Positions 24,984 through 35,000 are shown, counted from the stretch's first letter. The stretch is 64,000 bases of DNA from Patescibacteria group bacterium (GCA_022574775.1 JACZRI010000001.1:95631-159630), one strand, 5' to 3'. Numbers and translations: made by a program. The notes: generated by a model not told the origin, from the sequence alone.

Positions 24984-26870
24984 CTATCTCACTTTTTTTA
25001 TTTTTAAATGAGGAAAGGCGGCTTTTCTCTTTTTTCTTGTCTTTTTATTCTCCCCTTTTATCAATTCTTCAAACTCCTCTCTCTCAATTGTTTCTTTTTC
25101 AATTAGAGTTTTGGCAATTTTATCTAAAAGTGTTCTTTTTTTTACCAATATTTTTTTAGCAGTTTTCTGGGCCTCGCCAATAAATTTAGAAACTTCTTTA
25201 TCTATCTTAGCTGCTATTTCTTCAGAGTAATTTCTTTGTTCTGAAATTTCTTTTCCTAAAAATATAAATTCCTCCTTTTCTCCAAAAGAAACTGGCCCCA
25301 AAGAGGACATTCCGTATTCTTTCACTAATTTCCTGGCAAAAAAAGAGGCCTTTTGCAGATCATTTGAAGCTCCGGTGGTAATTTCGTCAAATTTCAGTTT
25401 TTCAGCACAATACCCGCCTAAAAGTGTTGCCATTTCAGCCAAGAATTCAGATTTTCTTCTAATCCTTCTCTCTTCCGTGGGCACTTTTAAAGTGTAGCCC
25501 GCGACTGATCCACGAGCAATAATTGAAATTTTTCTAATGGGTTCTGTACCTGGAATTGAGACAGAAACCAGCGCGTGTCCTGCTTCATGAAAGGCAGCAA
25601 TTTCTTTTTCTTTTTTTGATAGAACGTGACTTTTTCTTTCTGGCCCTAATAGGACTTTTTCAATTGATTCTAACAGTTCTTCTTGGAAAACCTGTGTCTT
25701 ATTCATTTTTGCAGCCAAGATTGCAGCTTCATTCATTAAATTAGCCAAATCAGCTCCCGAGAATCCTGGAGTGCGTTCTGCGATTTCTCTTAAATTTGTA
25801 TTTGATGCCATAGGTTTTCCCCTGCAATGAATTTCCAAAATTTCTTTTCTATCACTGATGTCCGGCAAATCAAGAATTATTCTTCTGTCAAATCTTCCCG
25901 GTCGCAAAAGAGCTGGATCAAGGACATCCGGCCGGTTGGTTGCCGCGAATACTAAAGTTCCAGATTCTCTTTCAAAGCCATCCATCTCAACTAAAATTTG
26001 GTTCAATGTCTGTTCTCTTTCATCATGACCGCCTCCTATGCCCGCTCCACGAACACGACCAATAGCGTCTAATTCATCAATAAAGACTATGGATTTCCCG
26101 GCCTTTTTGGCAGTGGCGAACAAATCCCGGACTCTGCTGCTTCCTACCCCTACAAACAACTCTATGAATTCAGAACCAGAAGCTGAGAAAAAAGGAACCC
26201 CGGCTTCAGTCGCGACAGCTCTTGCCAAAAGAGTTTTTCCTGTCCCGGGTGGTCCCGTTAACAAAACTCCTCTTGGTATCTTTGCCCCTATTGCTAAATA
26301 TTTCTTCGGGTTTTTTAGAAAATCAATAATCTCTTTCAGTTCTTCTTTCGCTTCTTTTAAACCAGCTACATCCCGGAACGTGACTTTTTCTTTCGGATGG
26401 CCTTCAGCGCCAAACAATTTCGCCTTTGCCTTGGTGAAATCAAAAGCCTGCATAGCTCCTGTTTTTGCCTGGCGGAAAATCATCCAGAAAAGTAAAAGAG
26501 GAAACAGGAAGAGTAAAATTAAGAAAATCGGGCCAGACCAAACCAAGAACCCTCCTTCTTTTTTATATTCAATCTCAACTTTTCCCGGACGCATTTTTTC
26601 TGGTTCAACGCCAAGATTAAACAATACCTGAGTGAAATCTGCATCAGCCTCTTTCTGCGACTTAGCTTTTGATTCATCTTTATAAAAAATGGAAATACTG
26701 GTTCCTGCAACAGTAATTTTTTCTACCTTTTCTTTGTTAAGATCTTCTACCAATTGGCTGAGGGGGATTGTTTCAATTTTTTCAAAAGGCTGAAAAACCA
26801 AAGCAAAAAGGCTTGAGATAACAAGTAAGAATAAAATAACCAATAAGAAATTTTGGACTAATTTTTTCAT
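24984..26870 (-). CDS. ftsH: ATP-dependent zinc metalloprotease FtsH
   Basis: TM helices, Walker [17 protein letters not shown] region, zinc site HEAGHAL. 628 aa. Confidence 0.95.
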   Translation of the reverse strand: MKKLVQNFLLVILFLLVISSLFALVFQPFEKIETIPLSQLVEDLNKEKVEKITVAGTSISIFYKDESKAKSQKEADADFTQVLFNLGVEPEKMRPGKVEIEYKKEGGFLVWSGPIFLILLFLFPLLLFWMIFRQAKTGAMQAFDFTKAKAKLFGAEGHPKEKVTFRDVAGLKEAKEELKEIIDFLKNPKKYLAIGAKIPRGVLLTGPPGTGKTLLARAVATEAGVPFFSASGSEFIELFVGVGSSRVRDLFATAKKAGKSIVFIDELDAIGRVRGAGIGGGHDEREQTLNQILVEMDGFERESGTLVFAATNRPDVLDPALLRPGRFDRRIILDLPDISDRKEILEIHCRGKPMASNTNLREIAERTPGFSGADLANLMNEAAILAAKMNKTQVFQEELLESIEKVLLGPERKSHVLSKKEKEIAAFHEAGHALVSVSIPGTEPIRKISIIARGSVAGYTLKVPTEERRIRRKSEFLAEMATLLGGYCAEKLKFDEITTGASNDLQKASFFARKLVKEYGMSSLGPVSFGEKEEFIFLGKEISEQRNYSEEIAAKIDKEVSKFIGEAQKTAKKILVKKRTLLDKIAKTLIEKETIEREEFEELIKGENKKTRKKRKAAFPHLKIKKVR

Positions 26871-26879
26871 GATAATAAA

Positions 26880-26908
26880 ATCATACCAAGAAATTCTTTA
26901 AAAATCAA
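26880..26908 (-). promoter_or_regulatory. Promoter candidate for ftsH (near-leaderless geometry)
   Basis: Minus strand TTGATT, 17 nt, TATGAT. The -10 ends 9 nt before the ATG. No SD. Confidence 0.35.
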
Positions 26909-26934
26909 GCCTTGAACCACATTGGATTCAAGGC
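26909..26934 (-). terminator. Hairpin plus T-run upstream of ftsH
   Basis: gccttgaa-ccacattgga-ttcaaggc, followed on the minus strand by ttgattttt. A gaaccacat hairpin of similar shape occurs at 24568-24591. Confidence 0.45.
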
Positions 26935-26994
26935 GCAGTCTCGTACCGTCGCGTCTGAAGCGACTGGTTCGGGGCAAGGAGAATAACGCTTTTC

Positions 26995-27037
26995 TCTGAA
27001 AAATAAACGGCCCTGGTGAGGTATGCTCACCAGGGCC
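26995..27037 (-). terminator. Terminator of the GC-rich orphan gene
   Basis: Minus strand ggccctggtgag-catac-ctcaccagggcc then gtttattttt. Confidence 0.75.
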
Positions 27038-27070
27038 TTGTTCGCTGTTCGCTACGGGTTTCTTGTTTAT

Positions 27071-28435
27071 TTAGGTCTGGTCGTTGATCTGGGCAAGTTT
27101 TGTAGCCTGCCCGTATGCGTTCCGGAGAATCGTGCCTAGGGGATGAGGGACCCCAAAGAACTTATCTCCTTCTGGGTGTTCACCCATGCACGGCTTGAGG
27201 AGTTCCTCAAAATGCGGAGGAACCTCCACGAGCAGGATGAAAGGCTGGTCTTTTTCGTCCTGGGTGAATCGTTCAACCAGAAAGAATGGGTCAAGGACCC
27301 TGTTTACTACCTGCCCGTCTGGTGCTCTTTCTTCCCAGTCCTGTTCGAGTTGCACAAGACAGGTGCCTTTTTGCTCCTTGAGCAGGAATTGCTCAGAAGA
27401 GATTGTTGCCTTTTTGGCAAGCTCTTCCTTGAGTGCCTGGCGTTGCTGTTTTTCTTCCAGTGCCCGAAGGCCTCGTTGGATAAGGTGCCAGATGAGCTGG
27501 ATTTTCCGGTTCATCTCCGATGGAAGCGTCCTAACGAATGGGGGAGTTTCCCACTGCAGGCTTTCTGCCTTAAGGTGGACACCCAAATCCTTGGCTTCTG
27601 TGATGGCTTTCTGAATGCTGCCTGTGGCAGCTAAAGGCATTACCTTTTCGCCGTCAGATTCCATCAGCAAGGTTCCACCACCACGCCAGAAGTCAGTGGC
27701 TCCACCAGCTAACTTCACTTCTTCTGGCGGAATTCCCAAGGCGAACTTGCCTGGCTTTCCTGCGCGGAATTCCTTTGCTGTGAGCTCGCTCTGAGTGAAG
27801 AAATCTTGTGCTGTCTCGGTACGGACCTTTTTTTCCGTTTCCCAGACTCGGCTGAGGAATTTGGCGACGATCTCTTCGAGCTCGTTCGTTTCCGGTTCCC
27901 CAAAGGCAGATTCAGCAGGGACAACATAGTCTTTGCCATATGCCTTCAAGGCTGTTGCAGGAAGCTCCTGCGGGGTTTCCTGTTCATCCCCGTTTCTGTT
28001 GGGAACAGGAATTTCCTGGAGATAGCCCTGCTCCACGAGTTCTTGGAGAAGAGCTATTGCTTCTGTCCGCGAACCAAGCTCTGCAGAGAACCGATGGCTT
28101 AAAACGCCCAGCCAGCTTGCCCGACGGTATGCCGGCGTTTCACTTTGTATGTACTCGCGAAGCGTCTTTTCTACCTCTTTTATCGCTTCGACCGCCAGTT
28201 CTTGCGCTTCCCGAGAACCACTTTTCGTTTCATCGATTTTGGGCAACACAGTAGTCACCCATTCTCTGATCTGTTCAGCTCCTTCCCTGATGCGTTCAGC
28301 CACAGCCTCATCTGCGGTTAGCGCATCGGAGATTTCCGGAAGTTCTGGCAGAGATATGAAACTCGCCCTTACTTCTTTCAGTTCTCCAAAAGAGTGTAGA
28401 GTTTTTTCCCCACTCACTGTTTTTGCCTCCTTCAT
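27071..28435 (-). CDS. Hypothetical acidic 454-aa protein, compositionally atypical (about 50% G+C)
   Basis: Long ORF. Hand counts of two 60-nt samples gave 32/60 and 30/60 G+C, versus 17/60 in an ftsH sample. Six overlapping spurious track ORFs. No domain recognised. AAGGAGG directly after ATG 28435 plus in-frame GTG 28417 suggests an alternative start. Confidence 0.7.
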   Translation of the reverse strand: MKEAKTVSGEKTLHSFGELKEVRASFISLPELPEISDALTADEAVAERIREGAEQIREWVTTVLPKIDETKSGSREAQELAVEAIKEVEKTLREYIQSETPAYRRASWLGVLSHRFSAELGSRTEAIALLQELVEQGYLQEIPVPNRNGDEQETPQELPATALKAYGKDYVVPAESAFGEPETNELEEIVAKFLSRVWETEKKVRTETAQDFFTQSELTAKEFRAGKPGKFALGIPPEEVKLAGGATDFWRGGGTLLMESDGEKVMPLAATGSIQKAITEAKDLGVHLKAESLQWETPPFVRTLPSEMNRKIQLIWHLIQRGLRALEEKQQRQALKEELAKKATISSEQFLLKEQKGTCLVQLEQDWEERAPDGQVVNRVLDPFFLVERFTQDEKDQPFILLVEVPPHFEELLKPCMGEHPEGDKFFGVPHPLGTILRNAYGQATKLAQINDQT

Positions 28436-28476
28436 ACATGATAGACCCGTAGCGAATTTTCAATGTACTGTACATA

Positions 28477-28504
28477 ATTATAGCAGAATGAAAAATTTTG
28501 TCAA
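28477..28504 (-). promoter_or_regulatory. Consensus sigma70-type promoter of the orphan gene
   Basis: Minus strand TTGACA (28504-28499), 16 nt, TATAAT (28482-28477), about 40 nt upstream of the ATG. Confidence 0.55.
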
Positions 28505-28600
28505 GTCACTGCTACCAATTTATTGGTGTGGGGCTAACCCTCACATCTATCGTTGATAGGTAGTAATGGGTCAACAAGAGCTTTTAATGCTTGTACATAT

Positions 28601-28628
28601 AAAAAAGGCAGCGAGATTTCTCTCGCTG
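28601..28628 (-). terminator. Terminator after the NYN-domain gene
   Basis: Minus strand cagcgaga-gaaa-tctcgctg then cctttttt. Confidence 0.7.
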
Positions 28629-28646
28629 TTTACTTGTATATTTATA

Positions 28647-29156
28647 TTAATCGGTTTGTATTGGTTTAAGAAAAAAAGTTTTGTCTGCCAGGTTAATCAA
28701 GTCGCTTGATAGAGAGTTTGTGGAGGCTGCGACAACAATAATTTCTAGCCCTTTCTTTCTCGCTTGACGAACGAGAGGGCTGAAATCTTTGTCCCCGCTA
28801 CCCAGACAAATAAAAGACAAATCCTTCATATTGTCAATTGCCATTTTCCCAAAACGGATAAGGGTGTCATCGACTGTGTCTTCTTTTTCGCCTTTCTTGT
28901 TTTGGATTCTCGGACAGACAATTGTGTAAAAACCTAGTTCATGGTAGGTTTCTCCCCAGATGTAAGCTTGTTGGGGAGGGAGGAAGACAAAAACATCAAC
29001 AATTTCCCGATTAGCTTCAACAATTCTTCTGATAACATGATCGAATCTACTGATGATTGATGCTTCGTCTGGAGAAACGAGTTTTAAGCTTGTCACAAGA
29101 TTATCGTGATCAATAAAAAAAACACCTCTTTGCTTTTTCTTCTTGAAGAATTGCAC
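28647..29156 (-). CDS. NYN-domain (LabA/DUF88-like) putative ribonuclease
   Basis: VFFIDHDNL.., DTVDDTLI, CLGSGDKDFSPLVRQARKKGLEIIVV fit the NYN/PIN-like acidic motif pattern. GTG start preceded by AAGGAGG at 6-nt spacing. Confidence 0.7.
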   Translation of the reverse strand: MQFFKKKKQRGVFFIDHDNLVTSLKLVSPDEASIISRFDHVIRRIVEANREIVDVFVFLPPQQAYIWGETYHELGFYTIVCPRIQNKKGEKEDTVDDTLIRFGKMAIDNMKDLSFICLGSGDKDFSPLVRQARKKGLEIIVVAASTNSLSSDLINLADKTFFLKPIQTD

Positions 29157-29236
29157 GATTATCCTCCTTTTTTAAGCCAGTTCATTATATTCAGTTTTGA
29201 AAGAGCTTCGTTTATAGTTTACCGGATTATCTTTAG

Positions 29237-29265
29237 ATTATACATAAAAAATAAAATCCTGTCAA
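29237..29265 (-). promoter_or_regulatory. Consensus sigma70-type promoter of the NYN gene
   Basis: Minus strand TTGACA (29265-29260), 17 nt, TATAAT (29242-29237). The -35 lies inside the S1-gene terminator hairpin. Confidence 0.55.
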
Positions 29266-29280
29266 GTGAAACAGGATTTT
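29253..29280 (-). terminator. Terminator after the S1 gene
   Basis: Minus strand aaaatcctgt-ttcacttg-acaggatttt then atttttt. Confidence 0.7.
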
Positions 29281-29285
29281 ATCTA

Positions 29286-30470
29286 TCATTCTTGAACCAA
29301 TTTCAAGCTCATTCTATGTTCTTTCGGGTCTATTAGTAAAATTTTAAAATCGTACTTTTTGCCAATTTTTAAGTCATCCTCCATCTTATTTTGAGAACCA
29401 AACTCTGATATGTGACAGAGCCCTTGAATCTCAGAGGTTATTTGAACAAATGCTCCGAAGGGATTGAATTTAGTCACCTCGCCCTTGACGATATCTCCTT
29501 TTTTATATTTTTTCTTAATGTTTTCCCAAGGGTCTTTCTTAAGGGCTTTTAGAGAGAGGGAAACTTTTTCAGAGGCAAGGTCAATAATTTTCGCTTTAAC
29601 TTTTTGGCCTATTTTCACTATTTCAGAGGGATCTTCTATTATTTTCCAATCTAATTCAGAAATATGAATTAATCCTTCGAGAGCGGAGCTCTCGCCCGTT
29701 GGAGTTTTCTTGTTCTCCTTAGTTTTTCCGGAGGAGGAAGCAGAGGCAGGCTTATCCTTAGTGGAAGGATCCATCTTTGCCCTTTGGGCTTTGGAAGGTG
29801 AAAATTTTATAAATGCGCCAAAATCAACTAAACCTGTAATTTCTCCTTCAACTATATCTCCTATTTTGTAATTTTTTAAAATCTTTTTTATTTTATCCAC
29901 CTCTTTTATTTTTTCAGAAATGATAATTTGTTCATCCTGCGGCAAAATGTTGAGGACTTTCACCTCTAATTCCTGCCCAATAAATTTTTGAAGCTCTCTA
30001 AGGATTTTATTTGTATCTGCGCCTTCTACCTTTGGATAGTGGTCAGAGGATAGCTGGGATACCGGTAAAAAAGCGGGAATACCTGATATTTCGGACATCA
30101 GGCCTCCTTTATTTGCTTTTAAAATTTTAACCTTTATTGTTTCTCCTTTTTCTTTTTGCTGTTTTAGGGCTTCCAATGTTATTTCTTTTTCGGCTTGGGC
30201 TGTTGAAAGCTCAAGATAGCCATCTTCATTTTCTAAATCAACTATTTTAACAAAAATTTTATCTCCGATCTTCAGACTTCTAAGAATATCTTTAGAATAA
30301 AAAAATTCCTTCCCATATATTATTCCTGTTCCGCGAATGCCAATATCCAAATAAACAGCAGCCCTTTTCATTCCAACTACTGCTCCCTCAACAATTTCTC
30401 CGATTCTTGGAGGTTTAAACAAATTATTTTCTGTTTCTAAAACTTTTTTCATACCTTTCCAGTATATCAA
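29286..30470 (-). CDS. rpsA: S1 RNA-binding-domain protein (ribosomal protein S1-like, four S1 repeats) with a low-complexity insert
   Basis: Repeated G.IV.G.V......GA.V.. S1/OB motifs. About 40-aa insert KAQRAKMDPSTKDKPASASSSGKTKENKKTPTGESS between repeats 3 and 4. Confidence 0.8.
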   Translation of the reverse strand: MIYWKGMKKVLETENNLFKPPRIGEIVEGAVVGMKRAAVYLDIGIRGTGIIYGKEFFYSKDILRSLKIGDKIFVKIVDLENEDGYLELSTAQAEKEITLEALKQQKEKGETIKVKILKANKGGLMSEISGIPAFLPVSQLSSDHYPKVEGADTNKILRELQKFIGQELEVKVLNILPQDEQIIISEKIKEVDKIKKILKNYKIGDIVEGEITGLVDFGAFIKFSPSKAQRAKMDPSTKDKPASASSSGKTKENKKTPTGESSALEGLIHISELDWKIIEDPSEIVKIGQKVKAKIIDLASEKVSLSLKALKKDPWENIKKKYKKGDIVKGEVTKFNPFGAFVQITSEIQGLCHISEFGSQNKMEDDLKIGKKYDFKILLIDPKEHRMSLKLVQE

Positions 30471-30570
30471 ATATTTTTTATTTTTTCAACCCCGTAGAGA
30501 TTCCGACTCATCGGAACTTTTGCGGGGTCAAGTGTTGAGCCAAAAATAGATTTATGATAATATATAAAAT

Positions 30571-31224
30571 ATGCAGATAATTTGGTATGGTCAATCCTGT
30601 TTCCAGCTTATATTCAGCAGAAGGAAAGAGGAGAAAATAACCTTTGTTATTGATCCTTTCTCAACTGAAATTGGCCTAAGATTACCTAAAATCGAAGCCG
30701 ATGTTTTATTGGTTACTCATAGTCACAATGATCATTCAAATGTTAAAGGAATTCCAGGAGACCATTTTTTGATTAATGGGCCTGGAGAGTATGAAATAAA
30801 AGGAATTTTTATTCAAGGGATTGAATGTTTTCATGATGAATTTCAAGGGAAAGAACGCGGGAAAACCACAACATTCATTATTGAGGGAGATGAGATGAAA
30901 CTTTGTCACTTAGGGGATTTTGGCCAAAAGGAACTTACACCTGATCAATTGGAGAAGATTGGCAATGTTGATATTTTAATGATTCCGGTTGGAGGAGTTT
31001 ATACAATTTCTGCGCAGGAAGCGTCTAGAGTAATTTCCCAAATTGAACCAAAAATAGTTATTCCTATGCATTATTATATTTCAAACCTGAAAATTAAATT
31101 GGATAATCTTGATAAATTCCTTAAAGTAATGGGAGTGAAATCTACCGAAGTTTTAAATAAACTAATAATCAAAAAGGGAGATTTGTCAGAGGACGGAATG
31201 CAGATTAAGGTTTTGAATCCATAA
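30571..31224 (+). CDS. MBL-fold metallo-hydrolase (UPF0173-like)
   Basis: HSHNDH metal motif. 217 aa. A TTGAGC-17-TAATAT box ends 8 nt before the ATG. Confidence 0.8.
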   Translation: MQIIWYGQSCFQLIFSRRKEEKITFVIDPFSTEIGLRLPKIEADVLLVTHSHNDHSNVKGIPGDHFLINGPGEYEIKGIFIQGIECFHDEFQGKERGKTTTFIIEGDEMKLCHLGDFGQKELTPDQLEKIGNVDILMIPVGGVYTISAQEASRVISQIEPKIVIPMHYYISNLKIKLDNLDKFLKVMGVKSTEVLNKLIIKKGDLSEDGMQIKVLNP

Positions 31225-31234
31225 CCATTAATAA

Positions 31235-31367
31235 GGTACGAATTAAACCACGAATAATCACTAATATTATGTTCGTCGATTCAGACTCGATTTGTGCCGA
31301 TTCTTGAGGTTTTCCTTTGGCTGGCAGATATCCGTCAAGGTGTTCTGAATTCGTGAATATTCGCGAG
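31235..31367. repeat. Family C palindromic repeat
   Basis: ggtacgaattaaaccacgaataatcactaatattatgttcgtcg ... ctgaattcgtgaatattcgcgag. Confidence 0.6.
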
Positions 31368-31391
31368 AAAGTAGGGTGATAAATTTAAGCA

Positions 31392-31709
31392 ATGAGCTTC
31401 TTAAAAAAGATTCAAAACCAGCCAGAAGGAACCAGAAAAATTTTTCTCTGGATAATAATTATTATATTAGGATTTACTTTTTTATTTGTCTGGGTGCAGA
31501 GTTTAAGGCAAAGGCTGAAAGGAACTCAAGAGCAGAGTGTCTGGAAAGAGCTCAGGCCTCCCCAATTTGAAGAAAAAATAAAGAACTTGCCCAAGATTGA
31601 GGTGCCGGAGTTTCCAGAGATTAGCGAGGAAGAACTGAAAGCGCTGGAGGAAGAATTAAAGATACTGGAAGAAGAAGCGGTAAAAGTGAAAGAAACACAA
31701 GATGAATGA
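31392..31709 (+). CDS. Small membrane-anchored Glu/Lys-rich protein (unknown)
   Basis: One TM helix (IFLWIIIIILGFTFLFVWV) and a charged C-terminus. No homology recognised. Confidence 0.5.
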   Translation: MSFLKKIQNQPEGTRKIFLWIIIIILGFTFLFVWVQSLRQRLKGTQEQSVWKELRPPQFEEKIKNLPKIEVPEFPEISEEELKALEEELKILEEEAVKVKETQDE

Positions 31710-31778
31710 TTAATTTCTAATTACTAATTAATTAAAACTTTAGAAATCAGGTTAATTCGAAATTAGATATTTTTATAT

Positions 31779-34274
31779 ATGGCTTCTAATGCTAAAAAAT
31801 TGAATACGGAGATTGGTTATATCAGACCTCGTGAAATAGTTGAGGAGATGCGGGTGTCTTATATTGATTATGCGATGTCAGTAATTATTTCACGGGCATT
31901 GCCCGATGTGAGGGATGGCTTAAAACCGGTCCATCGGCGAATTTTATATACGATGCATGAAGACGGATTAACTCATGGGGCTAAATTTAGAAAATCGGCA
32001 ACGGTAGTGGGTAGCACTTTAGGTCGTTATCACCCTCATGGCGATCAGGCGGTTTACGATTCCTTAGTTCGTATGGCCCAGGATTTTTCGTTAAGGTATC
32101 CTTTAATTCAAGGCCAAGGAAATTTCGGGTCGATTGACGGGGATCCTCCAGCCAGCATGCGTTATAGTGAAGCAAAACTCTCAAAAATTGGCGAGGAAAT
32201 GCTTAAAGATATCAACAAGAATACCGTCGATTTTATTGATAATTATGACGGAACGAGAAAGGAACCGATAGTTTTGCCTTCCCCTTTCCCTCAGCTTTTA
32301 TTAAATGGCACCCTTGGAATTGCGGTAGGCATGGCTACTAATATTCCTCCCCATAATTTATCTGAAGTTGTAGATGCCGCTGTTTATCTGATTGATCATC
32401 CAAAAGCCGTAACAGAAGAACTATTCAAATTCATTAAAGGACCTGATTTTCCAACCGGTGGTCAAATTTTCAACCAGAAAGAAATTATCACTGCCTATTC
32501 GCAGGGAAAGGGGCCTGTTGTAATAAGGGGTAAGGCAGAAATTGTAGAGAGCGAGAAGCAGGATCGTCCTCAAATTGTAATTACCGAGATTCCCTTTCAG
32601 GTTCAAAAGTCTTCTTTGGTTAAGCAGTTAGCTAATTTAGCTTCAGAAAAAAAGATTGACGGGATAAAGGATATTAGAGATGAGTCAGACAGAGAGGGAT
32701 TGAGAATCGTCATTGATTTACAAAGAGATGCTTTTCCTCAAAAGGTTTTAAACAGACTTTATAAGTTCAGCGATCTTCAGAAGACTTTCCATTTAAATCT
32801 TTTGGCGCTGGTTGACGGGATTCAGCCAAGAGTTTTGAATTTAGTTGAAATTTTAAATTATTATCTTTTACACCGCAAAGAAGTCGTTTTAAGGAGAACG
32901 AAGTTTGATTGGAGTAAGGCGAAAGAGAGAGCCCATGTTTTAGAGGGGCTGCACAAATGCCTGGCGAAAATTGATTCTGTTATTAAGATTATTAAAGCTT
33001 CAGCCAACAGAGAAGATGCCCAGAAGAAGTTAATGAAGAAGTTTAAACTCACTGAAATTCAGGCAAACGCAATTTTAGATACGAAACTTTCAGCTTTGGC
33101 GAAACTTGAGCGAAAGAAGATAGAAGAGGAATTAAACGAGCTCCGTAAGAGAATAAAGGAACTGACTGTAATCCTAAAAAGCCCTCAGAAGATTAAAGAT
33201 GTTGTCAAAAAAGAGTTGAAAGAGCTGAAGGAAAATTTTGGAGACGAAAGAAGGACAAAAGTTTATATTCAAAAGATTGATGAGCTGTCCCTGGAAGATC
33301 TAATTCCGCAAGAAGAAGTAGTTTTAACTTTAACAAAAGGAGGTTATATTAAAAGAATAAATCCAGGTATCTATAAAATCCAGAAAAGAGGAGGAAGAGG
33401 GCTCTTGGGAATGAAGACGGTAGGAGATGATATTGTTGAACATTTCCTTTCGGCAGACACTCATGATAAACTTTTGTTCTTTACTGATTCTGGGAAGGTT
33501 TTTAGAACCATGGTTTATGAAATTCCAGAAGGGACGAGGGTTGCTAGAGGAAGAGGGCTTTTGAATTTTTTAGAGATTTCTCCGAAAGATAAAGTTTTGT
33601 CTCTTATTTCTCTGGGCAAGGAAGATACAGGTTTGGGGATAGAATACTTAGCGATGGTCACGAAAAATGGGATAATAAAGAAAACCGCTTTGAAAGATTT
33701 TGAGAATGTGCGAAAATCAGGTCTATTGGCAATTACGTTAAAAAAAGGAGATTCTTTAAAACAGGTTGGGAAGAGCGCGAAAGCTGATGAATTGATTCTC
33801 ATAACGAAAAAAGGCAAAAGCATCCGCTTTCAAGGAAAAGAAGTTAGAGAAATGGGAAGGCAGGCGGCAGGAGTGAAAGGAATTAGCTTGAGAAAGGATG
33901 ACGAGGTAGTGGGGATGGCGGTTATACGAAGTACGAAGTACGAAGTAGGAAGAAATAAAGAAAAAAGATCTTCAGACTTCCTTTTGGTGTTGAGTGAGAA
34001 TGGATTTGGCAAGAGAACTGCTATTAAAGAATACAGGCTGCAGTCCAGAGGTGGTTCCGGAACCAAAACTGCAAATATCAATCCAAAAACCGGTGATTTA
34101 GTTTCTGCCCATCTTTTAACAGGAGAAGAAGAAGATTTAATTGTTATTTCTCAAAGAGGCCAGGTAATAAAAAGCAAAATTGCTTCCATCCCGATTTTAG
34201 GAAGATCTACCCAGGGAGTGAAAATTATGAAATTAGAGGAAGGAGACCGCGTGGCATCTGCGGCATGTATTTAA
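31779..34274 (+). CDS. gyrA: DNA gyrase subunit A
   Basis: [27 protein letters not shown], catalytic region RYHPHGD, GyrA-box/beta-pinwheel CTD. 831 aa. Confidence 0.95.
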   Translation: MASNAKKLNTEIGYIRPREIVEEMRVSYIDYAMSVIISRALPDVRDGLKPVHRRILYTMHEDGLTHGAKFRKSATVVGSTLGRYHPHGDQAVYDSLVRMAQDFSLRYPLIQGQGNFGSIDGDPPASMRYSEAKLSKIGEEMLKDINKNTVDFIDNYDGTRKEPIVLPSPFPQLLLNGTLGIAVGMATNIPPHNLSEVVDAAVYLIDHPKAVTEELFKFIKGPDFPTGGQIFNQKEIITAYSQGKGPVVIRGKAEIVESEKQDRPQIVITEIPFQVQKSSLVKQLANLASEKKIDGIKDIRDESDREGLRIVIDLQRDAFPQKVLNRLYKFSDLQKTFHLNLLALVDGIQPRVLNLVEILNYYLLHRKEVVLRRTKFDWSKAKERAHVLEGLHKCLAKIDSVIKIIKASANREDAQKKLMKKFKLTEIQANAILDTKLSALAKLERKKIEEELNELRKRIKELTVILKSPQKIKDVVKKELKELKENFGDERRTKVYIQKIDELSLEDLIPQEEVVLTLTKGGYIKRINPGIYKIQKRGGRGLLGMKTVGDDIVEHFLSADTHDKLLFFTDSGKVFRTMVYEIPEGTRVARGRGLLNFLEISPKDKVLSLISLGKEDTGLGIEYLAMVTKNGIIKKTALKDFENVRKSGLLAITLKKGDSLKQVGKSAKADELILITKKGKSIRFQGKEVREMGRQAAGVKGISLRKDDEVVGMAVIRSTKYEVGRNKEKRSSDFLLVLSENGFGKRTAIKEYRLQSRGGSGTKTANINPKTGDLVSAHLLTGEEEDLIVISQRGQVIKSKIASIPILGRSTQGVKIMKLEEGDRVASAACI
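33925..33981 (+). repeat. Family B repeat copy embedded in-frame in gyrA
   Basis: tacgaagtacgaagtacgaagtaggaagaaataaagaaaaaagatcttcagacttcc, encoding [18 protein letters not shown]. Confidence 0.75.
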
Positions 34275-34292
34275 AAAAGTTATAATGTTATT

Positions 34293-34367
34293 CTTCGACA
34301 AGCTCAGGACACTTCGACTACTTGCACTGAGCGAAGACTGAGCGAAGCGAAGGATGAGTCGAAGTGT
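34293..34367. repeat. Family F palindromic element overlapping the methyltransferase start
   Basis: cttcgacaagctcagg..., with 11-bp arms acacttcgact (34309-34319) and agtcgaagtgt (34357-34367). ATG at 34354. Confidence 0.55.
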
Positions 34368-34890
34368 GGAAGGCTTTCTCAAACCAGAAGAAATTTTAAA
34401 ACAACTTGATTTAAAAGAAGATATGATTGCTGCTGATTTTGGATCGGGCTCAGGCGGTTGGGCTCTTCCATTGGCTCAAATATTGAAAGAGGGAAAGGTT
34501 TATGCTATTGATATTTTAGAAGAACCCCTTTCTGCCTTAAAAAGCAGAGCAGCAATTTTGAAGATCTTCAATATCGCAGTTATGCGTTCTGATATAGAAA
34601 CAAAGAATGGTTCAGGATTAAAAGACAATCACTTAGACCTGGTTCTGATAACCAATCTTTTATTTGAGGCTGAAGATAAAAAAGAGGTTTTGGCAGAGGG
34701 AAAAAGAGTTTTAAAAAAAGGAGGAAAGATTTTAGTTGTTGACTGGAAAAAAGATGCCACTCTCGGCCCTAAACAAGGTAGAGTTTCAGCGCAAGAAGTG
34801 AAAGAAATAGCTGTAGGTTTAGATTTCAAATTGGAGAAAGAACTTGAAGCCGGAAGCTACCATTATGGGTTGGTGTTTACCAAGCCATAA
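34354..34890 (+). CDS. Class I SAM-dependent methyltransferase
   Basis: Motif I DFGSGSGGWA, post-I acidic residue, KKGGKILVVDW. Confidence 0.75.
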   Translation: MSRSVEGFLKPEEILKQLDLKEDMIAADFGSGSGGWALPLAQILKEGKVYAIDILEEPLSALKSRAAILKIFNIAVMRSDIETKNGSGLKDNHLDLVLITNLLFEAEDKKEVLAEGKRVLKKGGKILVVDWKKDATLGPKQGRVSAQEVKEIAVGLDFKLEKELEAGSYHYGLVFTKP

Positions 34891-34896
34891 AGAGGG

Positions 34897-34933
34897 ATAC
34901 AACTTGACGGGAACTGTTCCCGTCAAGTTGTAT
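34897..34933. repeat. REP-type palindrome (family D)
   Basis: atacaacttgacgggaac-t-gttcccgtcaagttgtat, perfect 18-bp arms. Same core as the REPs around the RAYT gene at 56.7-57.6 kb. Confidence 0.85.
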
Positions 34934-35000
34934 CTTAGTACAGCGGGGACAGTTTCCGGACTAGTTGATTTATTTTGTTAAGGTGATAAGATTAAAAAAC

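Noticed and set aside
26038-26631. 197-aa plus-strand ORF, with similar antisense or alternate-frame track ORFs at 1325-1573, 5578-5976, 6505-7008, 25556-25744 and 33515-34081
   Set aside because: They lie entirely inside, and antisense to, well-supported genes (ftsH, pilB, gyrA and others). They have low-complexity or implausible composition and no motifs.
27143-28556. Cluster of six overlapping ORFs on both strands (27143, 27186, 27715, 27806, 27940, 28149)
   Set aside because: All overlap the single long 454-aa minus-strand ORF. Locally raised G+C removes stop codons in other frames, and only the long ORF has promoter, SD and terminator signals.
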